Positions 45,639 through 58,719 of a DNA stretch of 64,000 nucleotides are shown one piece after another. Both the position numbers and the translations under genes were made by a program. The notes under the pieces were generated by a model, which was given only the letters and a program-made list of their open reading frames with translations, did not search any database and was not told the DNA's origin. The DNA is from Dicyema japonicum (taxonomy: Eukaryota; Animalia; Dicyemida), in NCBI GenBank assembly GCA_011109175.1, contig RDEW01000006.1, positions 1,696,133-1,760,132 of the forward strand, in the 5' to 3' direction. Every line of letters begins with the position of its first letter. Within the stretch, counting starts at the first letter, position 1.

Positions 45639-47072
45639 TGCACAGTCATACATGCGAGATTCATCACAAAATACAAAAAAAATTTCTTAGTAAAACTTTC
45701 ATTGGAAAAAATTATTAAATATATTAAAATTACATATATTACATATTTTTATTTAAAATATTAATTATAAAACATGTATCTAGTGAACCTAACACGCGAT
45801 ACCTTGGAAAAAATAAGGATCTACTTTGCTACTGGTAAGATCGATAATTGCCCTGACTGTAGAGAACGGGCAAAAATCAAAAATGTGCCGAACAATTCAT
45901 TTTTAAAGATTTGAAACCCTACATTATAAAAATGGTATAGAACAGAGATACTTTTGTCTGGAAGAAGCAGAACTTAAAGAAAATACATTGAAGTTTTATA
46001 TCATCCAATTTATGCTAGGCTCAACATAATCACTTTGGACGAGATAAATTATATAGTTTATTATCACTTACCCTTTGTGGTGCTACACGTAGACAAGTTA
46101 GAACTGTGGTCTTCAAATGTGTTTATTGTCAGGCATCAAATATAGTAATTTTAGTCAAAACGATTGGTTGCAACTAAACCTGAAATTACGCCAATCATTG
46201 CTTATGCTCCAAGAGATCGGTACATTGTAGATCTTGTTGATTTACGTCGATATTCTTCTCAAAATGAAAACTATTTTTGGGTAATTAGTTTGCAATATAT
46301 TTATCAGATTTGGTTCTTATAGACTCAGTTTCTAAATTTGCTGTTGTTGAAAGTGCCTTCACCAATTCTGGAATTGAGATATCCAGAATTCTAAAGAATA
46401 TTTTTTCTCTTATTGGACCGCCTATTATCCTACATACGGATAATGTCAAGGAATTCAAAAATCAGCATATGCAAGAGTTATGCGATAAATTTGCCATTTC
46501 GCATGTTACAGGACGTCCACGAGCTCCTTAGATTCAAGGACAAGTAGAGCGGTTATTGTTTTTTTTATCTCAATAGATTGAACCAATTAAAAGATGTGTT
46601 TCTTCCACGTGTTCATCAAGGAAAATTTTGGAAGTTATATTGACTTCATAAAAAGACATTGTATGGGATAATAGATCAAACCATCACAAGACTGCGCCCT
46701 TTGGAGACTTTCTACAGCGTTGAAAATCTAACAAAGTCAGGTGAAAAGATGAAAAAACGCCGAAGATGGAAATACGGTGAACTGAATTCAGGAGACGAAA
46801 TTCTATTACGTCATGATGGGGATGCCAATGAGGATAATAGGCACCACCCATATGACGAAGTTTCTACAAAAAAGTACCAAGTTGTCAGTAAGAAAGGAGA
46901 CTGATAACTATCGTTGACCAAAACGAAGAAAATAATGAATATAACACAGTCCATATTAGTCGAGCTAAAAAATTGTGACCTTTAAATTTTTTAAGCTGTG
47001 TGTTTATTAAATTGGATCACTTTTATGATTACTAACATTATGTACGGCGTCTCGCATGTATGGACTGTGACA
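45639..47072 (+). mobile_element. Ginger-like DNA transposon with TIRs and intron-containing integrase (degenerate)
   Basis: TIRs TG-CACAGTC-ATACATGCGAGA (45639-45659) / TCTCGCATGTATGGACTGTGACA (47050-47072); H..HFGRD..CVYCQ, RYIVDLVD, IDSVSKF, LHTDNVKEF, QGQVER; introns 45993-46018, 46145-46166, 46281-46307, 46552-46576; in-frame stop at ~46529. Confidence 0.85.
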
Positions 47073-47199
47073 TTAAATATTTAAAATGAGAATTAAACAA
47101 GCAATTTGTAAGGACTTTTTACTTATTTTATCAAAAAAATAATTGTTGTTGATTTCTTAGTTTGCTCGTAAATTTAAACACAAACCTTCTCACTTTTGG

Positions 47200-47700
47200 G
47201 CACTTGAAAGATTCCAGGCAACGCCGGAACAGAAGGAGATGCAATGACACCGGGATCGCTTAATTAGATGATTACTTTTTCCTATTTCTCTGTTTCAGGG
47301 GTTATTTATTAACCCCGGGATCACGAGAAAGAAAGACAAAGTAAAGTAAACTAGTTAAGTAATCCCAGTTCCCGCAACCAAACGTGCCATCCGAAGCCTG
47401 TGCGTCTCCATTGTTTCCACTATCGAACGGAAGTGCCTTCTTTGATTTTTGCAGAGGAAGCCGATTGGGGACGGAAATTTTTTAGCCAACCAATTTTCTT
47501 TTGCGTAGAACAGTGAGAGGCTTAGTGGGTGTCCATCTTTTTCGCAAATGCGGAGAAATCTGGAACCACATCTAAGAGTTGTAGATTCCGTCAGCAGGGG
47601 AGGTATACCTCCAGGGGTTATAACAAAGATTAATTTAAGTTTATTTAAACGAACCCTCTTTACAACGAACATGGTAGACGTATTCAATTCTCGTGGCTCT
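47200..47700. mobile_element. two LINE family A 3' ends joined tail-to-tail
   Basis: Plus copy ends CACCGGGATCGCTTAATTAG..CAGGGGTTATTTAT; minus copy (47310-47700) encodes QRRHFRSIV..RMARLVAGTGIT* and ends CCCGGGGTTAATAAAT. Confidence 0.75.
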
Positions 47701-47709
47701 TAGTAATAG

Positions 47710-48830
47710 TTTGAATTAATTATTCTGTCTTCATCTCCTTAAGGGGATATAATCTCTCTTCCTCTTCGTATTTACTCATGAGACATCGAAAACCAGAACT
47801 CTGAAATGGGGAGCATCGGATTCACCGATATCCAGATCTTCCGATCTTGTTGTGAATCATTGTATCTGTGAATACATAAAGTCGGGAATATGGTATCTCT
47901 GATTTCGGTTTCACTAGAATAATTTTTGAGTCACTGAATGGGGAAGGAGATTTAAAGAAGTTGTAAATGATACCTTTATGAATTCTGTTTTTGTATATAT
48001 TGATAAGATATCTTATCACTCAATATAAATAGATCAACGAACTGAGAAATCAGAATAGACAAGCACAGTCAGCCACGTGTAGAAGAAGAAGCAAAAACGA
48101 ACGAAATATCTGATTCAACTGATTTCTGGGGTAACGTCAGGAGTGTTCGGCCCAATCAAAATATAATTCGCTAAAAATGATGGGATGTTTTGCATGATTA
48201 CGGAAGGGGGGATCTAGGTGCTCTTGTGCTCGAAAATGATGGTAACCATGGACGAAACCAATTCCTAATGAGAATCTCTTCAATATAATTCGCACAATTC
48301 ACACGAAGGGTCAAATTCGACGAGTCTGCGTTGTGATCTTTTATATGCCTCCACATTACTTATACAAATCGTTATTTTGACATATTCGTGGATTCTACGT
48401 ACTTCTGTGTGGAAACGTATTATATGAGTTCACATGCTGCATTTTGTGTAAATTCATATTTTACGATTCTCAATTGATTCTCAGTTTGTTTGGAGTCCGA
48501 GAATTCAAAATACAACTTCCAGTTCACTCTAAATATTTTTTATTACGAAAACATGGCATATTCCAGGAACTTCACATTCGTGGATGGAAAACGACGTACG
48601 AAAATTAACCCACTGAACTTTGGCATAAAATTGAATATTTTTTGTGCAGCATCATTTCTGTAATTTGAATTATTGTCCATAATTTATTACTTATCCCCCA
48701 ATTCCCTTCAAGTGGCGGAAACCTGAGACTAACAACCATTGTATATGGTCTTGTCCCGGCTCGTGGATCCCAGAGATCTAGTTGTCTTATGGGCCGAGAC
48801 AATAAAACACACGAAAACCCACAAAACATG
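47710..48830 (-). CDS. putative unidentified multi-exon gene
   Basis: Open minus-strand stretches (MDNNSNYRNDAAQKIF..YAMFS|VNWKLYFEF..; VMWRHIK..NWFRPWLPSF) separated by small GT-AG candidates; no domain recognised. Confidence 0.35.
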
Positions 48831-50159
48831 ATTATTTAATTTATCACATTTTAAAGGCGGGCTTTATCAGTCTAAATTATTTCCAAATTGTATTTCTCGA
48901 TTATTCATCGATTTATCCGCTATTTTAACTGGAAAAAATAAATCGTTAATTAAAATTCTCGTTCACTCGAAAGATAAGAATAATTGAGAATCTGGCATAT
49001 TTGTGATTAAACATTTCATCGGGAGTTTCTCAACAGCACGTGGCCTTCAAATGTAACTTAATCTCGAATTTATTTTGCTCCAATCATCCACTAAAACTCA
49101 AAATATGTTGAGGCCACGTGGATGAAATATGTTTACGATCGCTTGCCGAATTGAAAATACTTGAATTTTCGACATCCTCCATGAGACTGGATTCTCTGAG
49201 ATCTTCCAAGCGACTGTTATTTGGATGCTTAATATTTGGTTCGCAGCCGGCGAGAATGGGTGGATCTTCTGGGTTACATTTGTCATTCATGTAAACCATA
49301 CTCTCAGGAACTCATAAAGGTTCAGAGAAGAAGTCGAAATAAATACGAACTCAGAAATCTGTAGACCTTTTGAGATCTTCAATGTCAAAATGGATATTCT
49401 TTATGAAACTATTCTTCTGGACAGTCAGGTGCTAATTTCAACTCAGATACCACATGTGCTCCTTAATTTTACTTTGTGGACCTCATATGGACGGAATGCG
49501 GAGAAACTATCTCCCCCAAAAAGTATTAAAAATTTCAGAAAAAAAAGTAACTCAAATCAACTAACGAAGTCGTCTAGTAAAGCCACTTATCACCTTTGAA
49601 AACCCAATTTTGAGAGCACCTTCAACCTTCGCCCATCCACGTGGTGTTATGCTATATTTTATGACTATTCATTCCTTGAACTTGTCAAGGAAGTATGTGC
49701 ACATTTTTGAAATTCCTGTGTATTTTTAATGAATGAGTATGCTTTTGGAGCTTCATGGGTTGGCCAGTAATGATGATTCGATGCTTAAGGAGGTGGTGTC
49801 TGAAGGTTGAAAATTTTTGGATGATATAAAGTCCATGTGTGGGGGCAGATTATATCTGGATGGATGTTCCTTGGAGTTTTAATAAGCAACTAATTTGATT
49901 ATTTGAGATTATATTCTTCCACAATTCGTTTTCTTCTAAATCTAGTAGTAAGTCGATATAAAGTAAATTCATGGGTACTGACTCTGAATTATTAACATCA
50001 CATAGCAGGTGATGTTTTTCCGGCGCCAGTTAACTCTTAGATTCTGATGAGAGGGAAAAAGACATAAACAAATTAACCACCTGGGTAAATGACCCTTAGA
50101 TATGATGTTGTGAGCAATTTGATTATTATCACGATATTTTTAAAAGTGCTTGTCTCATG

Positions 50160-50330
50160 AAAGTTTATCAATCCAGTAAATGTAATCTTTATTAATTATA
50201 GTTAGTTAAGTAACCCCGGCCTTACTAACTTGTAGGAGACCAGCGGCTATTAAGTAGGAAGCAGCATAGATCGATCAGCCTTGGATTGGAGACTAATATT
50301 GTACTAAATCAGGATATTCAAAATTAATAC
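50160..50330 (-). mobile_element. LINE family A 3' tail
   Basis: Minus strand LLQVSKAGVT* (AAGGCCGGGGTTACTTAACTAAC). Confidence 0.55.
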
Positions 50331-50899
50331 TTCCAAATCGCGAAAGACAATATCCAGGTCCAATAAAAAATATTCAATTACAAACAAAAATTTAACCAAT
50401 TTAACAAAATTAAGAATCCCAAAACCAGTAACATTATTTAAAGGGAGAATTAAATTAGACCGAAAGCAATCGTAGCTGGTCTTATTCAAAGTCATCCTTA
50501 TTGTTTGAATAGCATGATTTCCGATGTTATTAAAATATGCGGTGTTGAAAAGACCATTTATATATCCAAATTATCGACAGGTATGAAGCAAATACTTTAA
50601 GCAGAATTCATGTGCATTGTGGACTTGGAAAGTAGGTTGTTGATGACGTGTCGATTGATCTGAACGATGAAGAATTGTCGCAATATAACGAATAGTCGCT
50701 TACTGTTTATTACTAGGAAACGTAAATTCTTTTGACCACGTGGGAGGTTTTGACACATCGAAAGATTGACATGTACTATAAAAAATTCTCATAAAAATCT
50801 CCAGACTTGATTTCTACGGTAGAGGTATATATCCAAGAGATTGTTGAATAGTAGGAAACTGAGTTGCGAGCGATGTAGGACTCCTCCAGATTTTCTGTA

Positions 50900-51500
50900 C
50901 CCAATACCCCCCGAGTGTGCCATTTTGTTCATTGGATGGAGGAGACGAGGAATTTGTTTTTAATGTGGAAATGAAATTAGAACATTCTAGAGTGTAACTA
51001 CTTTTGTTTATTCTTTTGAGTCATGTCTGGAAGCGGAATGCCAGAAAGGGATCACCTACAACGTGAACACCAAACTTCCATTAATACTACACGATCACAG
51101 ACTTCCTAGAACGGACTACAAGAATGTCGTTTGAAAGAGATTACTTACCTTTATTGACTATAACCTGACGGGATACCTTAAGAGTATTTAAAAAGCCTAG
51201 AAAACTGGGAGGTCTGGGATTCAGTACAGAGCAGAAAGGTACAAGGAAAATTCTCACTGTTTTAGAAGATTCTTAGAGTCTCCACCAATCCAGATAATCC
51301 AATGTCTTGTAATGGACTGAAATGAACCAATTAAGAATATAAAATACTAAACCGACGACAATTTAAATCAAACGAAAAAATGTGGATTTTAGGCTTTTAT
51401 CATAAACCTAAATGAGAAGAACGACTGCTTTCACGAAAAAATTGTATGGACCCAAAATCAAATAAAATTCTTAAAATTGGTCTTAAAGGTATCAGAACGC
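50900..51500 (+). mobile_element. degenerate non-LTR fragment
   Basis: VFKKPRKLGGLGF resembles the post-RT P...GGLG motif; many stops. Confidence 0.3.
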
Positions 51501-52089
51501 TATACCAGCCTTCGGGAAACTTGAGGATATACGAACGGCCCTAAAGCCAGGAAAACCAATGGGATTTTTTCACTATAGAAAAATATCACTTTTTTGCATT
51601 ACGAAATTCCTAGTAAAACTCGTCTGAATAAAAATCTTTTTCGATTTCCATTGTGATCAGTGCGGTTTTCTCTTGTTGATTGGGAGTATTAGTTGTTTCA
51701 AGATGAATTGGACAAATTTTGTCACGTGCGTTGTGGTCGAGTGTTCTTTGCAGAATTCACTTGAAAAGAGGGTAGTGTGATGAACAAACGGATCGGAAAA
51801 CTTTTTTACCACGTGCTTTCAGTCTCTTGTGGAACTAACAATGTATATATAGGACGATTGACTAAATTTTCATATTAAAAATTTGTTTTATTTTTTAACC
51901 ACGTGGGCTGTCCTTCACTGTCCTGATGTCTAGGAACTTGTCTTAAAGTTTATAAAAGAATAGTTGGAAGTTTTTGAATTTAGCATTAAACGTAACGCCA
52001 TGTCGAGAGGTTGACAGGCACTACAGGAATTACAAAAACTTGAATTCTCATTATCTGAACACTGGGGGACCAAAGGTTTGTGCATTCTT

Positions 52090-53170
52090 ATGGGGAAATT
52101 AAAAGTCGAAACAAATGTTTTACTTATTTTTTGCTCATGATCATTCTATGGCTCTTTTATGACTACGGATGGTATTACACTGCATTTAAGGAGCGTGTTG
52201 GCTTCTTGAAAAGTCGAGGAGAGATGGGGTCAAGTTTGCTATTAGCGTCGATCAGAGAAGAAATAAAGAAAAGGATGGAAAACCTCATGAAAAGTGATGT
52301 GATCATTGACTCCTACAAAAAGGATAAATTGAGCATAAGAGGATTTGAGGTCAATGATAGAGTCCAAGATGTGGCAAGACTTGTGTATACGAAGCCTCAA
52401 AATAATGTCCTCTTTACTTTCCTTTGTAAATAAGGTTTGTTAAAATAAAGGTAAGATATTAAAGGTTCGGGAGTCGGATGTGGATGCGATGTGGGGCCAT
52501 ATTTTTAAAAAGTTCGTCAGGGTACATCACCTGAAGCTGAAGATAAGGTCCTCTTCAAATTGTGCAACGCATTCAACTCAATCAGACGATGTATCATCCT
52601 TGACGTTTACGTGAAAAGAACGCAAAAAATTATCCTATAGTCCACAAATCATATTCAAGTCCTTCCCTCCTCTTAATAAGAAATAAATTTTATCGGCGAT
52701 CGATCATGCTGGCAAGATAACTCTACTGTCCTCAATTTATGATACTTGGATCATTGTACCCTTTGAGGAAGCACCGAAAATGTCCTTTCAAAAATAACAA
52801 TGATTTCAGAGAATTATAGCAGGATTAGACTTTAATTAACACAAAGAAGTGTGAAGTGGTTGACGAGTGCGGAATCAATCGCCTTTTTCAAAGAACAAAC
52901 AGAGACTACTGTCTCAGATATTCCAATTACTTTCCTCAGCTCTCTTGACTTCCTAGGAGGTGGATCGAATTAGGGATTCCAAGATAGAACATGGATTACT
53001 GCCTTATATATTCAGACCCTGTAAATAAATAAAACGAGTAAAAAAGACTTTGAGTTATATCCAGATATGTTCCACATGTATAATGGACTTAGTCCACAGC
53101 CGTCCATAGGAATTTTTAAAAATGTGGAAACCAAATTTCCCAAGAACGCGCAAGAAAGGGAGTAATTATA
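52090..53170 (+). CDS. putative type II membrane protein gene (unidentified)
   Basis: ORF 52080-52433 with N-terminal hydrophobic segment CFTYFLLMIILWLFYDYGWYY; 25-nt GT-AG intron at ~52426-52450 keeps the frame (FLC|KILKVRES); later exons unresolved. Confidence 0.45.
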
Positions 53171-53219
53171 TAAAATAGAGGAAAAAATCATGTTTTAATC
53201 GGAAACTGTTGTCCACGTG

Positions 53220-53430
53220 GCAGAATTTCGATCGACTATAAGAATTGCATCCTAATAGAATTCCTTAAAGACACCACAGAAGGCACTTCCTGAAAGTAGT
53301 TGGGTCGTTGCGAAACACTCAAGGAGAGTTCAGTGACTTTTGGATACTAGGGTCACCTAATTAGTTGGTTTAACATTTCATTCTTGGTGGTCTCTGAGTT
53401 CAGTAACAAAAATGTATTAATAAACATACC
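53220..53430 (+). mobile_element. LINE family A 3' end
   Basis: RRHFLKVVGS..GGATACTAGGGTCACCTAATTAGTTGGTTTAAC and family 3' UTR. Confidence 0.65.
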
Positions 53431-53659
53431 CCCGAGATGATCGTTGCTCGTTGGAGTGTTGGGAAATATTCGATTCACTTCAAGTAGAGAGGACGTTCAG
53501 AAAAGTACTTTTTTTAGAAAACCAATGTCTTCTATTAACTCCAAGATTTCGTGTATCCGTTCTATCACTTTCACTGTCAAACAGATATCCTCAGGTATAT
53601 AATAAAATATTGAAGTATGACGCATTTGTCCATTCATATTTGATATTTAGGAACCCCTC

Positions 53660-53790
53660 CACTGGAGTAGGGAGAAAGTGATCCTTTTTGAATGTTGACC
53701 AAGCACTGAGCGTCTCCCTAGTCAGGTGAATTCCATAACGCTCTTAGTAATTGAATAAAAGCAAAGAGCAGAAAAATCATCGAACCAGCA
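53660..53790 (-). mobile_element. partial copy of the short non-autonomous element
   Basis: CCCCTCCACTGGAGTAGGGAGAAAGTGATCCTTTT..CCTAGTCAGGTG matches 63705-63800. Confidence 0.55.
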
Positions 53791-54233
53791 CAGGATTGAT
53801 CGTCTGTTTACGGTGCCTCTTCTGAATGTTTCTTACTCGGCGTCATGTTAGGAACTTTTCTGGACGACTACTCAGTTCGCATCAATGTCTTCATCGTCTC
53901 ACAGAGGATCTACCACATGTCCATTCGTCTACTCTGCATAGAAGAAAATAGACCGGGAAACATTTCGTGTTTCCAAATAATGCTCGAATTGAAAATTATA
54001 ACGGGGAAGATCTAAATCGATTTATTTTCTCAAAATCCAACTCACGTGCAATTCTATCTCCTATTTCTAAGTCGATTACGCAATGAACATTTCGATTCAG
54101 TATAAAACGGCTATACAACTTTTCTTCATCAGTGAAATAGCCTAGAACACGTATAATATGTCACGTGCGAGTGAGAAGTTAGACATATAAAGAAAAAGGA
54201 CGTATTTATAGGAAAAAATAGATTGAAAAGTAA

Positions 54234-54456
54234 CTATCTGGCATCAAAGACGGCAACTAGGGGGTAAGATAAAGGGATTACGTCTCGGAGTCCTCTTTTT
54301 GTACAATATTCGATAGCCACACTCTCGACATCTTATGGGAGCTGACATTCGAAGATTATTCTCCTTATTACATGCTGTAAATAAGATATAAGAAATACAT
54401 CCACAGACATAAACGCAGGACGAGATTTTATGTTCCCCAGTTTGCTCAGTAAACAT
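54234..54456 (-). CDS. POLR2K: RNA polymerase I/II/III shared subunit RPB12 (RPABC4), 3 exons
   Basis: Clean splice: [19 protein letters not shown]|[31 protein letters not shown]|LAVFDAR*; introns 54375-54398 (24 nt) and 54257-54281 (25 nt). Confidence 0.95.
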
Positions 54457-56283
54457 AAACAACGATAAAAGCAATAAATTTGTTATTTAAATTTAATTAA
54501 ATGTTTATTAATATTTAATTTAATATTTTAATTAAAACATAATTTAAAGATGATCTCGTCCAACTTCGAGTCCATAAATCTGAAAGCACTCAATCCACCA
54601 AATGGCCCTCTCATTCTTATCGAATAACTGAAAATCCATCCGAGTTATTAGTAGACTTTAAATCCGTCGCGGAAAAAAGATAAGATGCACATCCCCATCG
54701 GTTTTGATATCAGTTTGGGGTACTCAGTTAGCTCAAGACATTCTTTTCTCTTTTAACCAAGTGATCATTGGACAAGAAATAAATAATAAATGGGGTTCTA
54801 GTTAACAATATCACAAATCACCCCTCTTGGCTCAATTCAATCTCTTCAAAAAGTGACCTCACCATTTATTATCCCTGCGGAGCTTCATGTGACCCGTGTT
54901 TATATTACCACTCTTTCCAGTGCTCCTTGAAGGCGGGAACCTAGATCTGCACAATTTTAATTGTATTTTGAACATTTCCATTTACTTTGTAAAGAAGATA
55001 CCCAAATGAGGATGATCGATAAAATTATGACTTTGACCTTAATTGACTTTGCACTAATAATTCGATTCGTCACAACCCCCTTCCTGCCTCCAAACTAAAG
55101 TCCATTTTAAATCTTGCTGTACCGTAGCAGTAATTGTGCTTCAGTGATATCCAAACTAATGGGTCAACTGATCACATATCGTGCAATGTTGAGTTTTTAT
55201 TATTTTTGGCCAGTTGAAACGATAAGCAATTTCATTTGTCTTTATGGAATCGTCAGGGTCTTCAGTTCTGATTTTGATGCACTCCAGGTCCCTCGTTGTA
55301 CAAAAGGACGAAAGCATTATATGTTACCGACCGTACTGCTAACCACGTCTCATGTAAAGCTGAATCGTAGTTATTGGATGAATTCACTGATTCAGAAAAT
55401 TAGGTCAATGTTTTGGAAAAACGAAAATATGCTAGATATTGAATAATGGTCATGGAACGTTTTTTTAGAAAACCATGAACTGAAGACTACATGTTTTGAG
55501 GTCACAAGATCTTTGTGAATTGCAATAAGGAAGCGTGGAAGTCTGGGGAAATCACAGCCAAACGCTTGCGTGTGATAGGGGCAAGTGGATGAAGATTCCT
55601 TTGCCACTAGTTTCCCAAGTTGGAGAAAGAGTTCAATAATGTCCCTTCCTGCCATTGTGCTTTGACTTCAGGAGATTATGTGGAAATTCGCTGTTTTTCC
55701 ACGTGCAAGTTTCATGTTACAGAAAATTTCAAAAAAACTTATTATTCAATAACTTTTTTCTTGGAATTTTTCCACATTCAAACTTCAAATTAGTACAAAT
55801 TTTACTCTTCTTGTATAACGATAGTTTCTTGACATTTCCAGTCCGGCCGTTTTCCGTAACAAACTCAAATAAATTGCTGGATTACGACCTGAGCATCCAC
55901 CATGTGATATATAATAAAACAGGACCCACAACCTGATCCTTCATACGAGTGACTATATTTTGCTAGGATGAAATGTAATTATTTCAAAGACCAAGGGAAA
56001 ACAAAACTGACTAATCTTGTGATCCTGGTGGCCAAGGCAAATAACAGTTATTCCAAATTATGAGTGGGAATAAAGTGGAATCACTGGCATTGCCGTATCC
56101 ACATGGTTTGGAAAATAAGAACAAACGTTTCATCCATCTATAAAATATATAAAGACATCTTGAGTAATAGAAATAGTCGATGGTAACTACCTAACGTTGG
56201 GTGTTTAATAGTTTACAGTCTTGTAGAGATAGGTCAGACATTTTTTGAAGATCCTCTTTTTTCTATCACTATTCTAGCTATTC

Positions 56284-56990
56284 ATGGCGGATCTCCCCAC
56301 ACTGGAAATTGGTAATGCAGACGACAATGTCAATGTTCTACGTGATCGTGACATCCAGATTGCTACTTCGAAATTCCAACAAAATCAAAATCATTTTAAC
56401 GAATGGTTATCAATGAATCGTCTGTCTACCAGCACTGAGAAGTCCGTCACAACTCTCTTCACATCAGACAAAATGACAAAGAAGATGGACGATCGATTTG
56501 AAAACTAACAATGGTGTTATCCCGTTCAGAAAATCACGAAAGATCATTGGGGTGAGTTTTGAAAATGCACTGTCATTCTCCCCCATGTAATACAAAATGT
56601 AAAAAACTGATTTGTTGAAATTTCTATCGGGATTATGGAAGAGCCCTATCCTGACTTCTATATACAACCAATCTATTGAACCCTGCATTTCTTATGCAAG
56701 TAGAATCTGGGGTCCATTCATTACTTTGACAGATGTTTTAGGGTCGCTGCTAGCCAAAAAAGAGCCTCCGAAATTACAGAACGATGGACTTCTGGAGATC
56801 TCAGTTTCCAATGCCTCTAGAATCCACGATAAGCATGAACCGTGGAGTGTGGCGTCGTTACTACGAAGCTCCAGCCATTCGGTCGATACTTGCTTGTGTG
56901 GGGTCGAAGGATAGTCCTTGATAGAGCGTACTACGGTCACGTGATTAGTTAGTTTGGTATAACCATGGTCTTGGTATTACTATTATTATC
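56284..56990 (+). mobile_element. LINE family A, 5'-truncated copy with 3' end
   Basis: NADDNV..FNEWLSMNRLSTSTEKS..KIIGVSFENALSFS..YNQSIEPCISYASRIWGP; ends ACTACGGTCACGTGATTAGTTAG. Confidence 0.8.
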
Positions 56991-57439
56991 GTATCAAGTG
57001 GTTTAAAACATCTTACAAGCCGATTCCTCATCGATGTTCCATATCGTGGATTCTACGCTTAATCTGAGAAATAATTAGTAAATTTTATCAAAATTTAATG
57101 ACTCATGGCTTTCTTAATCCATTTCGTTCAAATTTTCTAATCACTTTTAAATTCAGCTAGGTTTCTTGATCTTTCAATGATTTAGTAAAATAATACTATC
57201 ATTCAACAAACTACTAAGCATTTTCGAAATGATGGTCATACATATATTCAAAGAAGACAATCTCCGCTATCGAGAATCTTTGAGTCACCCGCTAATGCAT
57301 TCCCGGTTTCTTTGATGGCCCCTTTACCCATTCTCCCAACCGCTTAAGAGGTTTGAAAGAGATTGGGGTGAAGTGGAAATGAGCCCCACGGTCCGAGTAT
57401 TAATTTAATTTTTTTCGTTCTTCAAAGTCTACATTTTGG

Positions 57440-58530
57440 AATTCAGAATGAGTTGTCAATGGAAAACGTGAATCGGTGACTGAGGCGACGCAAACACATC
57501 CTATTTTAGTCTCCACGGACAAACACAGAGGTCTTGATAAAACACGGGTACCCAACTGACACAAAACCGCAGCTTTATCTGACCCCAGGATGTCACTGGG
57601 AATTGAAGATGGAACAGAAATTCACAGAGGAAACCCAGGGTCGGTTTTTGATTGTGGACAAAAGCAGAGAGTCATGTGGTAATCCAAGAATCAGATGGAG
57701 AAGAGCTAGACCCTGGTCCATTGTTATTTATCCACTAAAGTAAGTGCAACAAAGATGAGTGGGGAAGGGCACGTGGCATATCGAGCTCGATTTTGTAAAT
57801 GAACTAAATCGGATTCCTTCAGCATATAGCGCGGAAATTGATAAATATTTGTTGAGATCAAATTGTGTCCTAGAGACATGTTATTCGGCTATGACCTTTA
57901 TTGGTGAACGTAGTGTCTGATGACATCGTATCCGACTGTCGTGGGTTAGGAAAAATGGACTTTTCAGTGAGGTCAATTATCGTCAATTAGATCCCACCAG
58001 TGAAGTGATCAGTCCTTCTGACACGACACAGTGGTTGAAAGGGATTTTACTACCATCTCCCTGACTATTCCAATGATTTCCGCGATGGTAGGATGTGTTA
58101 TGATAACGGAAGACGGCAGACTATTGATAACAAAGTGGACCTAAATATAATTATAGCAGCTTGAGGGATTTCACGAGAGTAACTCAAAATGTATTAATCT
58201 GTCTTTACAGCTTGCCTCTAGCTGATCTGAATTAAAGATATTTTAACCAATCACAAGAAAAACCTTTCGAGATACGAAAACTTCAACGGTCATTGTGTTA
58301 ATAATTTACCCCACCTACCGATGACAAAAACCATCGGGAGATCTACACACATACGTAAATGGGGAAAATATGGTCGGAGGCATTCGATGTGTGCTATTTA
58401 ATTTCTCTAGTAACAACTTGTTCTCCACCGCCGTTGACACACGATCGACTATTTCATTTTTCCCAAGGAGCAGTGGTGCTGGCTATAAAGCCTACTTATT
58501 TACGTATAATCGTTAATTCCGAACTTGAAT
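57440..58530 (+). CDS. putative unidentified multi-exon gene
   Basis: Unique GC-richer sequence with open stretches (TWHIELDFVNELNRIPSAYSAEIDKYL.., GENMVGGIRCVLFNF..) and small GT-AG candidates; no domain recognised. Confidence 0.3.
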
Positions 58531-58719
58531 TCAACAAAAAACATATACGTTACTCAAAAAATCACGCGTTACCATACATTCTACATATTCTATTTCTTAA
58601 TAAAGTTTTGATCAGCTTTTTTCATAACTAACAAAGTTTTCTAAATAAATTTGTCAAAGTAAAAAATTTGAAATTATATTGTCAAAATTTAGAATTTATA
58701 GTCAATAACCGTTCTGGTG

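Noticed and set aside
54560-54640. UDP-glucuronosyltransferase C-terminus (ERAIWWIE)
   Set aside because: No upstream UGT signature (PQ..LL.H..FITHGG) found; likely chance similarity
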